Assembly (NCBI GenBank): GCA_963823665.1
Contig: CAWGMQ010000005.1
Span: 1,504,001 to 1,568,000 of the forward strand
Length of the DNA stretch: 64,000 nucleotides
DNA from: an uncultured Planctomycetota bacterium
GTDB taxonomy: Bacteria; Planctomycetota; Planctomycetia; Isosphaerales; Isosphaeraceae
Direction: 5' to 3'
Every line of letters begins with the position of its first letter. The stretch's first letter is position 1. Below are positions 32,820-43,482 of the stretch, one piece after another. The notes beneath the pieces are model-generated. The model searched no databases and was not told the origin of the DNA. It saw only the letters and a list, made by a program, of their open reading frames with translations. A program made the position numbers and the translations under genes.

Positions 32820-33380
32820 TCAGAAAGATTCTCGCGGACCAAGCTGTTTGAAGAGCCACGCCCGAGCAAATGCCCAGTCCCGCTCGGCGGTCCGGCGGAC
32901 GACGCCAAGAGCAGCGGCAGCCTCGTCAAGCGTGAGCCCGGCGAAGAGGCGAAGCTTGACCAGCTCGGCCCCCCGGGCGCCGATCAACGCCAGGCGGCCA
33001 AGAGCCTCATCGAAATCGATCAGATCGTCAGCCGGCGCGTCGTCGGCAACGAGGCCGTCGAGATCGAGCGACTCGCGCCGCCGTCCTCCACCGCGCTTGA
33101 GCCGTTTGCGATCGCGCGCACGGTCAACCAGTAGTCGCCTCATGGCCTCGGCCGCAGCGGCGAAGAAGTGACCGCGCCCGTCCCAGGGCTTGCCTGTATC
33201 CGGCCCGACGATCCGCAGATAGGCTTCGTGGACCAGGGCCGTGGCCTGGAGAGTCTGCCCCGGACTCTCCCCTGCCAAACGCAGCGCGGCCAGCCGCCGC
33301 AGCTCGTCATAGACCAGCGGCAGCAGGTCGCGCGCGGCGCGCTCGTCGCCTCGGCCGAGAGCATCGAGAATCCGGGTCAC
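32820..33380 (-). CDS. ECF sigma factor, TIGR02999-like (start approximate)
   Basis: LLPLVYDELRRLAA, TLQATALVHEAYLR, HFFAAAAEAMRR, RDWAFARAWL. Confidence 0.9.
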   Translation of the reverse strand: MTRILDALGRGDERAARDLLPLVYDELRRLAALRLAGESPGQTLQATALVHEAYLRIVGPDTGKPWDGRGHFFAAAAEAMRRLLVDRARDRKRLKRGGGRRRESLDLDGLVADDAPADDLIDFDEALGRLALIGARGAELVKLRLFAGLTLDEAAAALGVVRRTAERDWAFARAWLFKQLGPRESF

Positions 33381-34441
33381 TTCGCCGCGATCAGACTCAA
33401 TGGCGATCGTCCTTTCCGAGGCTAACTTGCCCACCTGAAATGACTGTTTCTGGGCACTTCGTGGTAACACGCCGCGTTGGTGGCGGAATTCCCCTGCGCA
33501 ACTGCAAGGGCGAGTTGGGTTTTCGTGCTCATGCGCTGTTCCGTATCCATGTTGTTACCCAGTGTTACTAAATTCAAACAATTTCGCCTCCCCCACGCGC
33601 GGTTTTCCCCAGCCCGTGACCCAGGCTATTTGCGCACGACTGCAAGGCCGAATAAACGGGCGTCATTGGCCACCGTGGTGGCGCTTCGTGTCGGTCACAC
33701 GCGTTGGGCGTGTTCAAATTCACCTTGGATTGAGAAGTCACGGCATTTAGCCCGTTGAGAAAAAATGACCAACCGCTCCCTGACGCCCCCGCCCCAAGAA
33801 CGGTGCTGAACGAGGCGCAGTGGGTCCAATCATTTGCCCATCATTGCAAAACACGGAGAACGCCGCCCGCTAATGCAAGCGAAACTCCCATATTCCGAAA
33901 TGTCTGCTCCGCAATCTCGGCTCGATCGTCACGACCAATACAGCACGTGCCTCAACAATCTGGCCGTCCAGCTAGCTCGGAAAGGCAACGGCTGATCGCC
34001 TGCGGGAGCGGTCGTTTCGGCCTCAGAACACGGGAAACGCTCATCTGCATCGTGGTGAGTTCCGGGCGTCGAAATTGATCGAGAACGTGCTCATGTTTGG
34101 CTATCGCGACCCGACGTTCGATGAGACACACCGTGAACTTGCGATGGTTACCCAGGCCGCCGTTGTCGAGTGGCTGCGACGCGCTGGCGTTGTGACGCTG
34201 CCGCCGAGAGAAAGACGCAGAAGCCTGCGTCGAACCATCAGAGGAAACGTGGTTCCCGGACTGAGAGGCGTTGCTGCCGGCATCGTCCTTGGTTGGTTCC
34301 GGGCGACTTATCTCTGACATCGCGATGAAAAGGAATCCGAGGTTTTCTTTATTGCTCCCGTGACTTGGCGGTTTGATCGCAAGAAGCCCGCTTCCAAACA
34401 TGCCGACGGGTTTCTTAACTCGAGCGGCAAGGGGGTGGAGC

Positions 34442-35038
34442 ATGATCATCGGCTACCCGAGGGTCTCGACGACCGAGCAAAACCTTGACTTGCAGCGTGA
34501 CGCCCTGAAGCGGGCCGGGTGGGAGAAGATCATCGAGGACACGGTCAGTGGGGGCAAGGTGCAACGGCCTGGACTGGAGCGTGTGCACGATGCGCTTCGA
34601 TCTGGCGACGTGCTGGCGGTCTGCCGGCTCGACCGGTTGGGCCGATCGCTCAAGCACCTGATCGAACTGATAGCGGAGCTTGAGGCCGAGCGGATCGGAT
34701 TCCAGAGCGTCACCGAATCCATTGATACGACCACACCCGGCGGCAAGCTGGTGTTCCATATCCTTGGGGCACTCGCGGAGTTTGAACGTAACCTGATCCG
34801 CGAAAGGACGTATGCGGGGCTGGCAGCCGCGAGAGCCCGCGGCAGGAAAGGCGGCAGGCGAAAAAAGCTTGGCGAGAAGCAGCGTGCCGTGGCCGTCGAT
34901 TTGTACCGTCAGAAGAAGCACACAGTTGACGAGATTTGCAAAGCGGTCGGCATCTCGAGGCCGACGCTTAATAAGCACGCCGCCGCGGCTGGCGACACAT
35001 GGCGTCCAATCGCGGCCATGTGGTGCGGAAAGTGCTAA
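34442..35038 (+). mobile_element. Serine recombinase (resolvase/invertase family), possibly decaying
   Basis: IIGYPRVST..QNLDLQ, RLDRLGRS, LAEFER and a C-terminal HTH. YPRVS replaces the usual YARVS. Confidence 0.9.
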
Positions 35039-35550
35039 GTCCGCCGGATACCCTTTAGGTGCAAGTGTTCTTCCGACGCTTCCGTCGATCAGATCGACGC
35101 AGGTTGAAATGGCTCAGGGATTGATTGCTGTTGTTCACCCAAGCGTCAAGGAGCTAGTTGCCGACTGGCCTACGAGTCTCTAAGAACCGCGTCACGAAAG
35201 GCAGGAATCCGAGTGGTTTTCCACAGACGTATCGCGGCACGACCCGCGCGCCAAGGAGTTATGCAGGGTGACTTGCGTAGTATGGAAGGCTGGACTGGAA
35301 ACCGCCGGAGTTGCGTGGCGTGCGTGAGTGACCGCGGTGAGAGCTGTGGAGCACTTCCGGTGACTTGCACGCCGTGCATTCTCTCCGCCGTTGAGCGGTT
35401 GCTACCACCAGGGTAGGATACGGCTGCGACTCGGGACCAGCACTCGTCTCGAACGGGGAAGGCGACTTGCTGATCGATACGGACGCTGAATGCTGTACAC
35501 CCCGATAATGGACGGGGGTTACCGTTGGTACAATGGTTTCGAGAGGAACG

Positions 35551-36459
35551 ATGGCGAACAACAAGCAGCTGACAGCCCTGTTCCGCGCGATCGCGGCCGA
35601 GAACCTCGGCGGTGCCACGGAAATCGCTGCGCAGATCTGCCAGCAGGAGGAGGAGAAGGGGCACTATACGGCGGCCAGGATGCTCCGGGGCGCGCTTCAC
35701 GCGTCGCGGAACGGCGGCGCGGCTCATAAAGGACGTCACGATCCGCCGAACGGGAGATGGGTCATCTCATCGGCGTTGACCCGGATGCCTACCGGCGTCG
35801 ACTTAGCCGCTGTCACGCTGCCGTCCGCGACACGCGAGGAGCTTGCAGGGCTGAATCTCGAATGGCATCACCGAGTTCGCCTGATGGAGCGAGGGATCGC
35901 ACGCCGGACGAAACTCTTGTTCCATGGGCCGCCGGGCTGCGGGAAGAGCTTGACAGCCAGCGCGCTGGCTAATGAACTGGAGCTGCCAGTGTACCTTGTC
36001 AGGTTCGACGCGGTCATCGGCGCGTATCTGGGGCAGACTGCCATCCATCTTCGACAATTGTTCCACTTCGCAGAGACGACGCCTTGCGTCCTGTTGTTCG
36101 ACGAATTGGACGCACTGGGCAAGCGGCGTGGGAACCCCACCGATGTCGGCGAACTCGACCGAATAGCCATCGCCTTGATGCAGGAGCTAGAGCACACTAC
36201 CCCCCAGGGCCTCGTCATCGGAACTTCAAATTTGGCCAAGGATCTGGACGACGCCCTCTGGAGAAGGTTTGATTTTGTTCTGGAGTTCAAAGCACCGGCC
36301 CAGAAAGTCTTGGTGAACTTCGCGCTGCAGCTGGCCTCAGAGAAGAGAGTGCAACTGGGCGATGAATCGCTGGCCAAGGCGGCCAAGGCGAAGAATTTCG
36401 CCAATGCGGAGGCGGTCGTCTTGGCGGAGGCGCGGAAACAGGCGCTTCGAGACTTCTAA
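35551..36459 (+). CDS. ietA: AAA+ ATPase (IetA-like)
   Basis: Walker A GPPGCGKS, Walker B LLFDELD, LDDALWRRFD; immediately upstream of an S8 protease. Confidence 0.82.
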   Translation: MANNKQLTALFRAIAAENLGGATEIAAQICQQEEEKGHYTAARMLRGALHASRNGGAAHKGRHDPPNGRWVISSALTRMPTGVDLAAVTLPSATREELAGLNLEWHHRVRLMERGIARRTKLLFHGPPGCGKSLTASALANELELPVYLVRFDAVIGAYLGQTAIHLRQLFHFAETTPCVLLFDELDALGKRRGNPTDVGELDRIAIALMQELEHTTPQGLVIGTSNLAKDLDDALWRRFDFVLEFKAPAQKVLVNFALQLASEKRVQLGDESLAKAAKAKNFANAEAVVLAEARKQALRDF

Positions 36460-36468
36460 GGGCACCAA

Positions 36469-38856
36469 ATGGCGGTCGAGAAAAGACGAGTCAATCCGCG
36501 CACTTTCTTCCTGAACGAAACTCATGAACTCGCATCGGCCGAGAAGGCGGGCGGTGGGCGATTGCCGGCGTACGCGCCGATCCCATGGGCGGCGAAGGCG
36601 AAGCGGCTCAACGATTCCATACAGCGGGTAGAGCGGCTGATCGTCGGATCAAATGACCCACTGAAGGAAGATCGGTTCTTCGTCCTGGCGAACCCCGTCA
36701 CAGAAGTCGAGAAGTTGTCAAACGACAAGAAGAAGGCGCCGACTGGGACCTTCAAGGAGAGAACGGAATTCGGCGGAGCCCACAGCCGTGTCTTCGACCG
36801 CCTGGGTATGGACCTTCTCCAGGTCACGGATAACGGCCAGGCAATCGTCCACGCGAAGAGGGCCACGGTCGAGCAGCTGCGCGAGCGTTCGGCCTCCCTA
36901 GCGACACTGGGTGCGCGTGAGCAGTCACGTTGGGTCACAATTGAGTCATTCGACGTCATCCCGTTTCAGTTGCGGGTCGACCAAGACTGGCTGAATCATC
37001 TTCCGACCCTAGCACTGGCGGAAGTGGTGTTCGAACTGCAGCCGGTGCTGGCCAGAGTCGAGGTCGAGCAGGTACTACGAGCCATTGCGGCGAGCCTCAA
37101 GAACGCGGAGAAGCTGACGGGCACGGGCAGTGACTTCTCCGGCCGAAGGTGGCTGCGCGGCTTGGCATCGCGCGAATCGATTGAGCGAATCGCCCGCGAT
37201 TTTTTCTCCGTCCAGTCGATCCACGCTCCCCTGTACTCCGTAGCGGCGGGTAAGTCCCCGCTGAGCAGGGCTCCGGCAACCGGAACCGCGCCGCCGGTCC
37301 AGGCTGACCCGACTGCGCTGCCCTGCGTCGCGATCCTGGATCTTGGGGTTCCCAGCGACCATAGACGGCTGCGCCCATTCAAGCGAGGGCAATTTGTACC
37401 GATCGGGGCACCAAGAGCTCCGATCGGCAATCACGGCTCCTACGTCGCTTCCAGGATCGTCTTCGGTGATTGCGAGACACCTGATGCATTGTTAGAAAGC
37501 CCAGGGACATGTAGCTTCTATGATGGAATGGTCGGTGTGCATCCCGGCGTTACGCGCAGGCGAGGCCGTGGTGAGGTCGACGACAAGCTTGTAATGGAAA
37601 CGATGGCTGGCATCGCCGGTGCAGCTCCGGACGTGCGAGTCTTCAATCTAAGTTTCGGGTACGATGGCCCTCTCTCGTCATTCTCGGAGGTCGAGCGAAA
37701 CGAGCACAAAGTCAATCTTCGTGACTTGGACAACTTCGTTTTTGCGATCGATTCGATTGTCGTCGTCGCGGCGGGTAATTCAGTTCCTGGGGCCGTGCCA
37801 AACCCGGAATATCCCGAACATCACAATGACGCCAGGTGGGCTCTCGGTCCGTGGACTTGCGGATTCAATACGCTCGTTTGCGGATCATTCGTTTCGCGGT
37901 TGTCTGCGAGTGGTCTTGTGACGGAGATCGGGTGGCCAAGCCCGTTCTGTCGGGTCGGCCCTGGGCTCTGCGAGGCGCCGATCCCGTCGTTCAGTGCCGA
38001 AGGGGGTAACACTGACGCAAGCTACGGGTATGCGCCTGAACTCGGTGTTTGGTGCTTCTCGGGAGCCGCGCTGCCGGAGGACAAGATCGGGACGTCATTT
38101 GCCGCTCCTTTGCTCGCCCGCGAGGCGGCCCTAACGCTCGATCGTCTCCAGCAACATTGCGCCCCTGGGACACGGCCGTTCGCTGTAACGGCACGGGCCT
38201 TTCTAACACTGACCGCCACCCCGCCGCCGCACGTTCACTCGATCCGTGAACTGATCGAGAGGACCCTCGGATACGGGAAGGCCCAGTGTTCCAAGCTGCT
38301 CTCACCCACCGCCGGCTCCGCGGTGATCCTCTGGCAAGGGTACATGGAGTCGACCAAAGATATTGTCAGGGTGCAACTGCCGATCCCTCTCGTCTGGCTC
38401 ACGGCTGCGGACGATCCCGCGCTCCGCTTGGTGGTCTGCTACGATCCGCCCGTGAACGAGGCCGCTAATGGGCTCTGGGCATGCCGGAGGGTATCCGCCA
38501 AACTCAAGATGCGGCCGGATGACGATGCGCTCAGACCACCCCGCGGCTCGCACAACACTTACCCGGTCATCTACCGGACCTATAAGCTCGCCCGATACAA
38601 ATCCGGCGGGAAGGTACAAGCAGAAGGGGATATGTGGCTGCTGGAGCTCGCGTATGAGGAGATTGCAGCCTATCCGCCGGGCTTGGACTTCGCCCCCCAG
38701 CAACGAGTAGCGTTCGCGGCGGAGCTGGTCGATTTCGGGCAGTCGCATGCAGATCCGCAGCCTGCTATGCAAGCGTTGCCGAATGCTCATCTCATGAATC
38801 GCCTGTCCATCCAGCCCGTGCCCGTCCGCAATCCGATTATCATCACTCGAAGATGA
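36469..38856 (+). CDS. ietS: S8 subtilisin-like serine protease (IetS-like)
   Basis: ILDLGV (D), NHGSYVAS (H), AAGN and GTSFAAP (S); no signal peptide. Confidence 0.82.
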   Translation: MAVEKRRVNPRTFFLNETHELASAEKAGGGRLPAYAPIPWAAKAKRLNDSIQRVERLIVGSNDPLKEDRFFVLANPVTEVEKLSNDKKKAPTGTFKERTEFGGAHSRVFDRLGMDLLQVTDNGQAIVHAKRATVEQLRERSASLATLGAREQSRWVTIESFDVIPFQLRVDQDWLNHLPTLALAEVVFELQPVLARVEVEQVLRAIAASLKNAEKLTGTGSDFSGRRWLRGLASRESIERIARDFFSVQSIHAPLYSVAAGKSPLSRAPATGTAPPVQADPTALPCVAILDLGVPSDHRRLRPFKRGQFVPIGAPRAPIGNHGSYVASRIVFGDCETPDALLESPGTCSFYDGMVGVHPGVTRRRGRGEVDDKLVMETMAGIAGAAPDVRVFNLSFGYDGPLSSFSEVERNEHKVNLRDLDNFVFAIDSIVVVAAGNSVPGAVPNPEYPEHHNDARWALGPWTCGFNTLVCGSFVSRLSASGLVTEIGWPSPFCRVGPGLCEAPIPSFSAEGGNTDASYGYAPELGVWCFSGAALPEDKIGTSFAAPLLAREAALTLDRLQQHCAPGTRPFAVTARAFLTLTATPPPHVHSIRELIERTLGYGKAQCSKLLSPTAGSAVILWQGYMESTKDIVRVQLPIPLVWLTAADDPALRLVVCYDPPVNEAANGLWACRRVSAKLKMRPDDDALRPPRGSHNTYPVIYRTYKLARYKSGGKVQAEGDMWLLELAYEEIAAYPPGLDFAPQQRVAFAAELVDFGQSHADPQPAMQALPNAHLMNRLSIQPVPVRNPIIITRR

Positions 38857-39442
38857 TTGGAAGTTTCTCGATGATTAGATTCATTCGGCCTATTTTCCCC
38901 CCCTCCAGAGCACTCGGGTAGCGTGCGACGTCGCTGGTCCAAGCAGGGTGTCCCGCTTTGGACATTCGACATTCGAAAGGCGGTTTGATTCGGAGGATCG
39001 TTCTCTCATGCTCTTGTCGAAACCAGCGCCCGAGTACCGCGTGCTCCGACGCCTCGCACTGAGTCGAGCGCTGACCGAATCCACACGGCGCTAGGAGTGC
39101 CTACGCCCGGATACAGGATGTGTTGCTGGCACGGGTCCGACGACACCGACGCGCGCCGGCGCGGAGCCCAACGGAGTTCGCGGCGTCATTCGATCTTAGG
39201 AACGGGCGGCGGTGTTCGATTCGAGGGGCTGTTAATCAAACCAGCGGTTTCTCTACGAGCGGCTCGGTGCCGATGCCGGATCGGGCCACCGACCTCTTTG
39301 GATAGGGGAACTCGGGAGATGAATCAAAGTCAACTTTTGTGATGCTGTAACGAGTTTCTTGCCGCTGAAAGGCGCCGGTGAGGCATGCGACAGGGTAAAG
39401 GAGAAATAATCTCCGCAATTTGCTGCTAGGCTGGTAATGTGC

Positions 39443-40522
39443 TCATTTCTTCGCCACATAAGGTCGCCATCCAGGATCGCTCGGCCTGGGTCGCAGGTGG
39501 CTGACGTCAAATGGCTCCCGGCACTTCGTCAGGCGGCCCTGAAGCGGGATGCGTTTGGCTCCCCTGCGGATACTGATGAATGAAAGCTTCAGACCTAAGA
39601 TCGCGGTTTGCTCATAGGTTTGGAGTATGCCATTGCCTGGCATGCCGTCCGCTGGAAGCAATTCGCGCACCGTGGTTGTTTTGTGCTTCCGCAGGGATGC
39701 ATATTTCCGTGTTAATCGCGTAAGGTCATCGCACTCTGCCCACTGAGAAAACAAGAGATTGCAGTCGGCGTTGACGACTTGCATTTTATTAAGCTGGCAT
39801 ACATCACTTAGCGAATCGACTACGGTGACATTCTGGTGGATGGGCGCGCATTTATAGATTTCCTTGTCAGATAACATGAGAAGGTGCCGTGGTGAAATCG
39901 GTGTATACAGCATGAAGCCGCACTGGGCGGCACCGAGCATGCCATGACCTCGTACCGTTTCGGAGAATAGGTTGTATTTAAAGGCAGGGTTATCTGATGT
40001 GATAAAAGAGCGAGCCGTGCGGTTTACGAGTAGGTGGCAGTTTAGACCCTCGAAACAGTCATAGATTAGGCGAAAGTGGCTAAGGGCGATTTTTGCGGCC
40101 TCGTAAGGTGCAAGGGTCAGTTGTTTATCCAAGCGTGGCGAAATACCGCCGTAGGACGCTCGAAGGTTTTCTTTAGTTTTGTCCAACATCTGGGTGACTT
40201 TGCTAATGGCTACCGGTGTTCTCAGCATTTGCATCGCAAGAACGTGCAACACATGACGGTATTGCTGGCTAGAGTGATCGGGCAGTCTTGAAGTCTGAAC
40301 GATGGAAGCAATTGCGGGAGCGGCGGCATTTTCCAGCTCGGCGAGGAACTTTTCTAGGGAATCGTCCAATCCGTACAAATGGTCGCGGTAGCACTGGGCC
40401 TTTAGGTTGCCGTCAGGATAGGCTTTGAAATCGCGGAGATTCAGGATGTTGACCCGCCGTGGGTTACTTGCAAAATGCTTCAGGTAGAAATGGGGCACAT
40501 AGTGATGCTTTTTCTGCGGCAT
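39443..40522 (-). CDS. DUF4238 domain protein
   Basis: KHHYVPHFYLKHF start, FITSDNP, PISPR; visibly lower GC than the backbone. Confidence 0.85.
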   Translation of the reverse strand: MPQKKHHYVPHFYLKHFASNPRRVNILNLRDFKAYPDGNLKAQCYRDHLYGLDDSLEKFLAELENAAAPAIASIVQTSRLPDHSSQQYRHVLHVLAMQMLRTPVAISKVTQMLDKTKENLRASYGGISPRLDKQLTLAPYEAAKIALSHFRLIYDCFEGLNCHLLVNRTARSFITSDNPAFKYNLFSETVRGHGMLGAAQCGFMLYTPISPRHLLMLSDKEIYKCAPIHQNVTVVDSLSDVCQLNKMQVVNADCNLLFSQWAECDDLTRLTRKYASLRKHKTTTVRELLPADGMPGNGILQTYEQTAILGLKLSFISIRRGAKRIPLQGRLTKCREPFDVSHLRPRPSDPGWRPYVAKK

Positions 40523-40589
40523 CGTACCTTAGTTCCGCTAAGTCGCGATCCGCTCGACTTCATCGAGCGGGATCGGGTCGTTGGTTCGG

Positions 40590-40960
40590 TCAGTATTTCA
40601 AAACATAGGTTGGGCTTTTGCTGAGCCGGTCGCGGCTTCGGATATAGGTCTGGGGTCGTGCGTGGATCGGCGTGGCCGGCGAATTCCTGCAAATCAATTA
40701 TATCGCTGCCGCGTTCCCTGGTTGGGTCGGACGTGGACAAGCTGCTCCCAGGCACCAGCCTCGATGCCAGCGAAGGCGAGAAACTGGTCGAGGTCGCTTT
40801 CATACGCCCGGCGGGTTTGGGGCGAAGGGGTGCGGAGCTGCGAAGCGTTAATGGCTCGCATCACCTGCTCGCGGAGATCGACGGGCAATCCGCCGGTGAA
40901 TGCCGGAATGGGATGCGATCGGCAAAATCTGCCGCCCAGCACTCCTTGTCTGATCGTTCA
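40590..40960 (-). pseudogene. Tyrosine recombinase/integrase with large internal deletion
   Basis: SAM-like N-terminus (SPQTRRAYESDLDQF) abuts the C-terminal box II (IIDLQEFAGHADPRTT..Y); catalytic core missing. Confidence 0.8.
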
Positions 40961-41074
40961 TAGACCCCCGGTAATAGTTCGGATAACGAAGAGGATTGTA
41001 TCCGAAGTGCCTATGCACGCGATCGGCGATCCCAAGGGCCGTGGCGGCACTTTGGATACAATTCGTTGAACTGA

Positions 41075-41173
41075 TGATCAGCGACAATTAACTTTCCCCA
41101 CCGGCGACAATTAAGATTCCCCAGCGCAGCGGGATCTTTTCCCCGCCGACGACAATTAAGATTCCCCAGCGCA
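41075..41173 (+). mobile_element. Orphan IS21-like terminal repeat array
   Basis: TG-starting end followed by three CGACAATTAA(GA/C)TT(T)CCCCA units; no transposase adjacent. Confidence 0.5.
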
Positions 41174-41649
41174 GCCAGATCATACGACGGGGAATCTTCG
41201 TCCCACTGCGAAAAGTGGCTTTGTTTTCGGCCTCTCTTGATCTTACTTCCCGGTCTTCAGGACGTATCAAGCACCGGACTTCCTCCTGTTTGCTCCAAGC
41301 TCACTGAATCGATCGGGATCGGCGGCAGGTGCTCGACGACGAACAAGCGCCCTTTTCCGCACCGAGGTCATACAGTGGTCCGGGCGGGCTTAGTGTCGGA
41401 CACTACCGGCTCAACAGCGGGAGTGGCCAGCGGGCACTCAGGAGCCGACTCTTTGTCGAGCATTGCCTGGCAGGCGGCAACCTTCTCGTGTCGGAGGCAG
41501 TTCGACAGGAAACCGTAGTGACCCGGCGTGCAGAGCTGCCCGCGAGGGGGCTGTATGACCGAAAACGGAGAAAGGTGACGGGGACTACTGTTGAGCGGAA
41601 TATCAATATAACTTCAAGTGAGTATTCGGATTAACCGGATACCTAAATG

Positions 41650-42810
41650 TCAATGAACGAAGTGATACATAGTACGTCTCTCGACAACGAACGGCCGGAA
41701 GAAATCAAACTGTTTTACCAAGGCATCAAGCTCAAAGTCGGATTCCCACACACAATTGAGGTAATACCAGTTGATCAACCACTCGGGCCCTTCTTTCGCG
41801 AATGAAATACCCACGTGTCGAGGCAACCTAGTTTCGTGCTTAGAAAGCATTGTTAAATTATGCAACATATTTTCTTGTCGCGATATAGATTCGATATTTA
41901 CCGCGACAAACACGAATCCGCATTGGTTACCCAGCGATACCATACGCGTCGCACCGGAGCACGCACCCTTGCGTACCATTTCGAGGCAATCGTCGGTACA
42001 GGTAATGACATCCTTCAGTTCTACCCGATTCAGCTCCGCGAACGCCGCTAGAATTTTGTAATAGATTCTTTCGCCCTTGGAGTCCTTATCATTCTCGAAC
42101 TTGTCGCCAAGATCACGAAAGAACGGATGAAGTTCGAACTCACTCGGGTCGTGCCGAAAAGTGTGTACGTAAATGCGAAAACGCTCCGAAATCGGCTCCG
42201 TGAGACCGGACAGGAAGTGCCCAAGAAGCGCACGTTCGCTCGGAACGTGTTGCCCACGCTGACCGACCTGCTTGATGACCTCTTCCCTGACTGTAAAGTA
42301 ATCCTTGAGTTCGGCCGGCGTCAGCAGAATGCGACAGATGCCAATATAATCCTCCCACGGCAAGACATGAATAAACCCGGCGGTCTTGCTGATGTGGTGA
42401 CGCACACGACGGCATTCAACAGGAAGTAGGTCGGACGCTTTATAGAGGATAAGCTTGATAATGCTGTTCACCCTCGCACGGCTGAGCGTGAAGGTATGCC
42501 CACGTTGATTCTCAACGCTTATATGTGTGATGCTGTCCAAGTACCTGAGCGTGTCTCGAATCTGTTTTGTTGCTTTGCCGACGACCTTCCTTTCAAACCA
42601 TCGTTGCTCATTCTCTGCTGATTCATTTGCAGTTGTTTCCCGTTCTTTCAACTGATAAATGAACAACATATCGTCAAGCCAGACCACATGGTCGGCGAAC
42701 TCCTTTGACTCACCTGGTGTTTTGAAAAAGACGTTTCGGGCAAACGAGAACTCACGATAGAAAATGGTTCTGTTCAATTCGCTCAAGAGGTCTTCTAACA
42801 GATTAGACAT
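41650..42810 (-). CDS. Hypothetical protein with putative N-terminal PD-(D/E)XK (NERD-like) nuclease motif
   Basis: EFADHVVWLDDMLFIYQLKER (D...QxK) and KATKQI helix; low GC. Confidence 0.6.
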   Translation of the reverse strand: MSNLLEDLLSELNRTIFYREFSFARNVFFKTPGESKEFADHVVWLDDMLFIYQLKERETTANESAENEQRWFERKVVGKATKQIRDTLRYLDSITHISVENQRGHTFTLSRARVNSIIKLILYKASDLLPVECRRVRHHISKTAGFIHVLPWEDYIGICRILLTPAELKDYFTVREEVIKQVGQRGQHVPSERALLGHFLSGLTEPISERFRIYVHTFRHDPSEFELHPFFRDLGDKFENDKDSKGERIYYKILAAFAELNRVELKDVITCTDDCLEMVRKGACSGATRMVSLGNQCGFVFVAVNIESISRQENMLHNLTMLSKHETRLPRHVGISFAKEGPEWLINWYYLNCVWESDFELDALVKQFDFFRPFVVERRTMYHFVH

Positions 42811-43002
42811 GCACCGCTCTTGAGCTTGTCTCATGTAAGATTTAAGAACACGCAGTTGACTTGTGAAAGTAGAGTCAGAATCCAGGCAACTTCTATTCTA
42901 GACACTTCCTCATCGGCTGCATCTACAGATACAGAACCTGCTGACTTGCGGACACGTCGCCTCGAGCCTGAGTTCGTCGCTCGCGGTTAAAGGAGCAGCG
43001 GT

Positions 43003-43480
43003 TTAGCCGGTCGCTCTCACCCGCATGATCTGATCCCAGTCGGTAGGAAAGTGCCGGGTTTTCATGGTGGCGGCCATGGCCCAATCGCGTTTGATGCCGG
43101 AGGCGGCGTAAAAGAGGCTGTCGCGGCCCATGCGGCGGTTGATGGCGTCGAGGGTCGCCATGAACCGCTTGCTGCGGGCACGGTCGCGGTTGTCGAGGAA
43201 ATCACCTTGGTGCTCGGTGTCGGGGGTAAGCTCGGTGAGCATGACGCCGCATTTGCTGTAACGCACGCCGGGTAGGTAAATGCGGGAGAGAGCCGTTCAG
43301 GCGTGGTGGATCAGCTCGGCGGTGTCGCTGGTGGGGTGCGGGAGATGGAAGCTGGCCTGGCGGCTGCAATAGGCTTCCTTCGGGTCGAAGGGGCTGTTCT
43401 GCAAGAAGATCGTCATCTGGCCGGCGTGGCGGCGGTTGCGGCGGAGCTTTTCTGCGACGCGGGTGGCGTAGCTGGCCAGG
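43003..43480 (-). pseudogene. umuC: Y-family DNA polymerase V subunit, C-terminal remnant (DUF4113)
   Basis: YATRVAEKLR..PTSDTAELI, internal TGA at ~43297, YSKCGVML..DAINRRMGR..TDWDQI. Confidence 0.85.
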
Positions 43481-43482
43481 GT

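Noticed and set aside
34075..34317. 80-aa ORF upstream of the resolvase
   Set aside because: No recognisable motif or RBS; cannot be supported.
41075..41173. Three short repeats as a possible mini-CRISPR
   Set aside because: Spacing is irregular, spacers are too short and partly repeated, and there are no cas genes; an IS end fits better.
41329..41634. 101-aa ORF after the IS-like end
   Set aside because: No homology recognised and no clear RBS.
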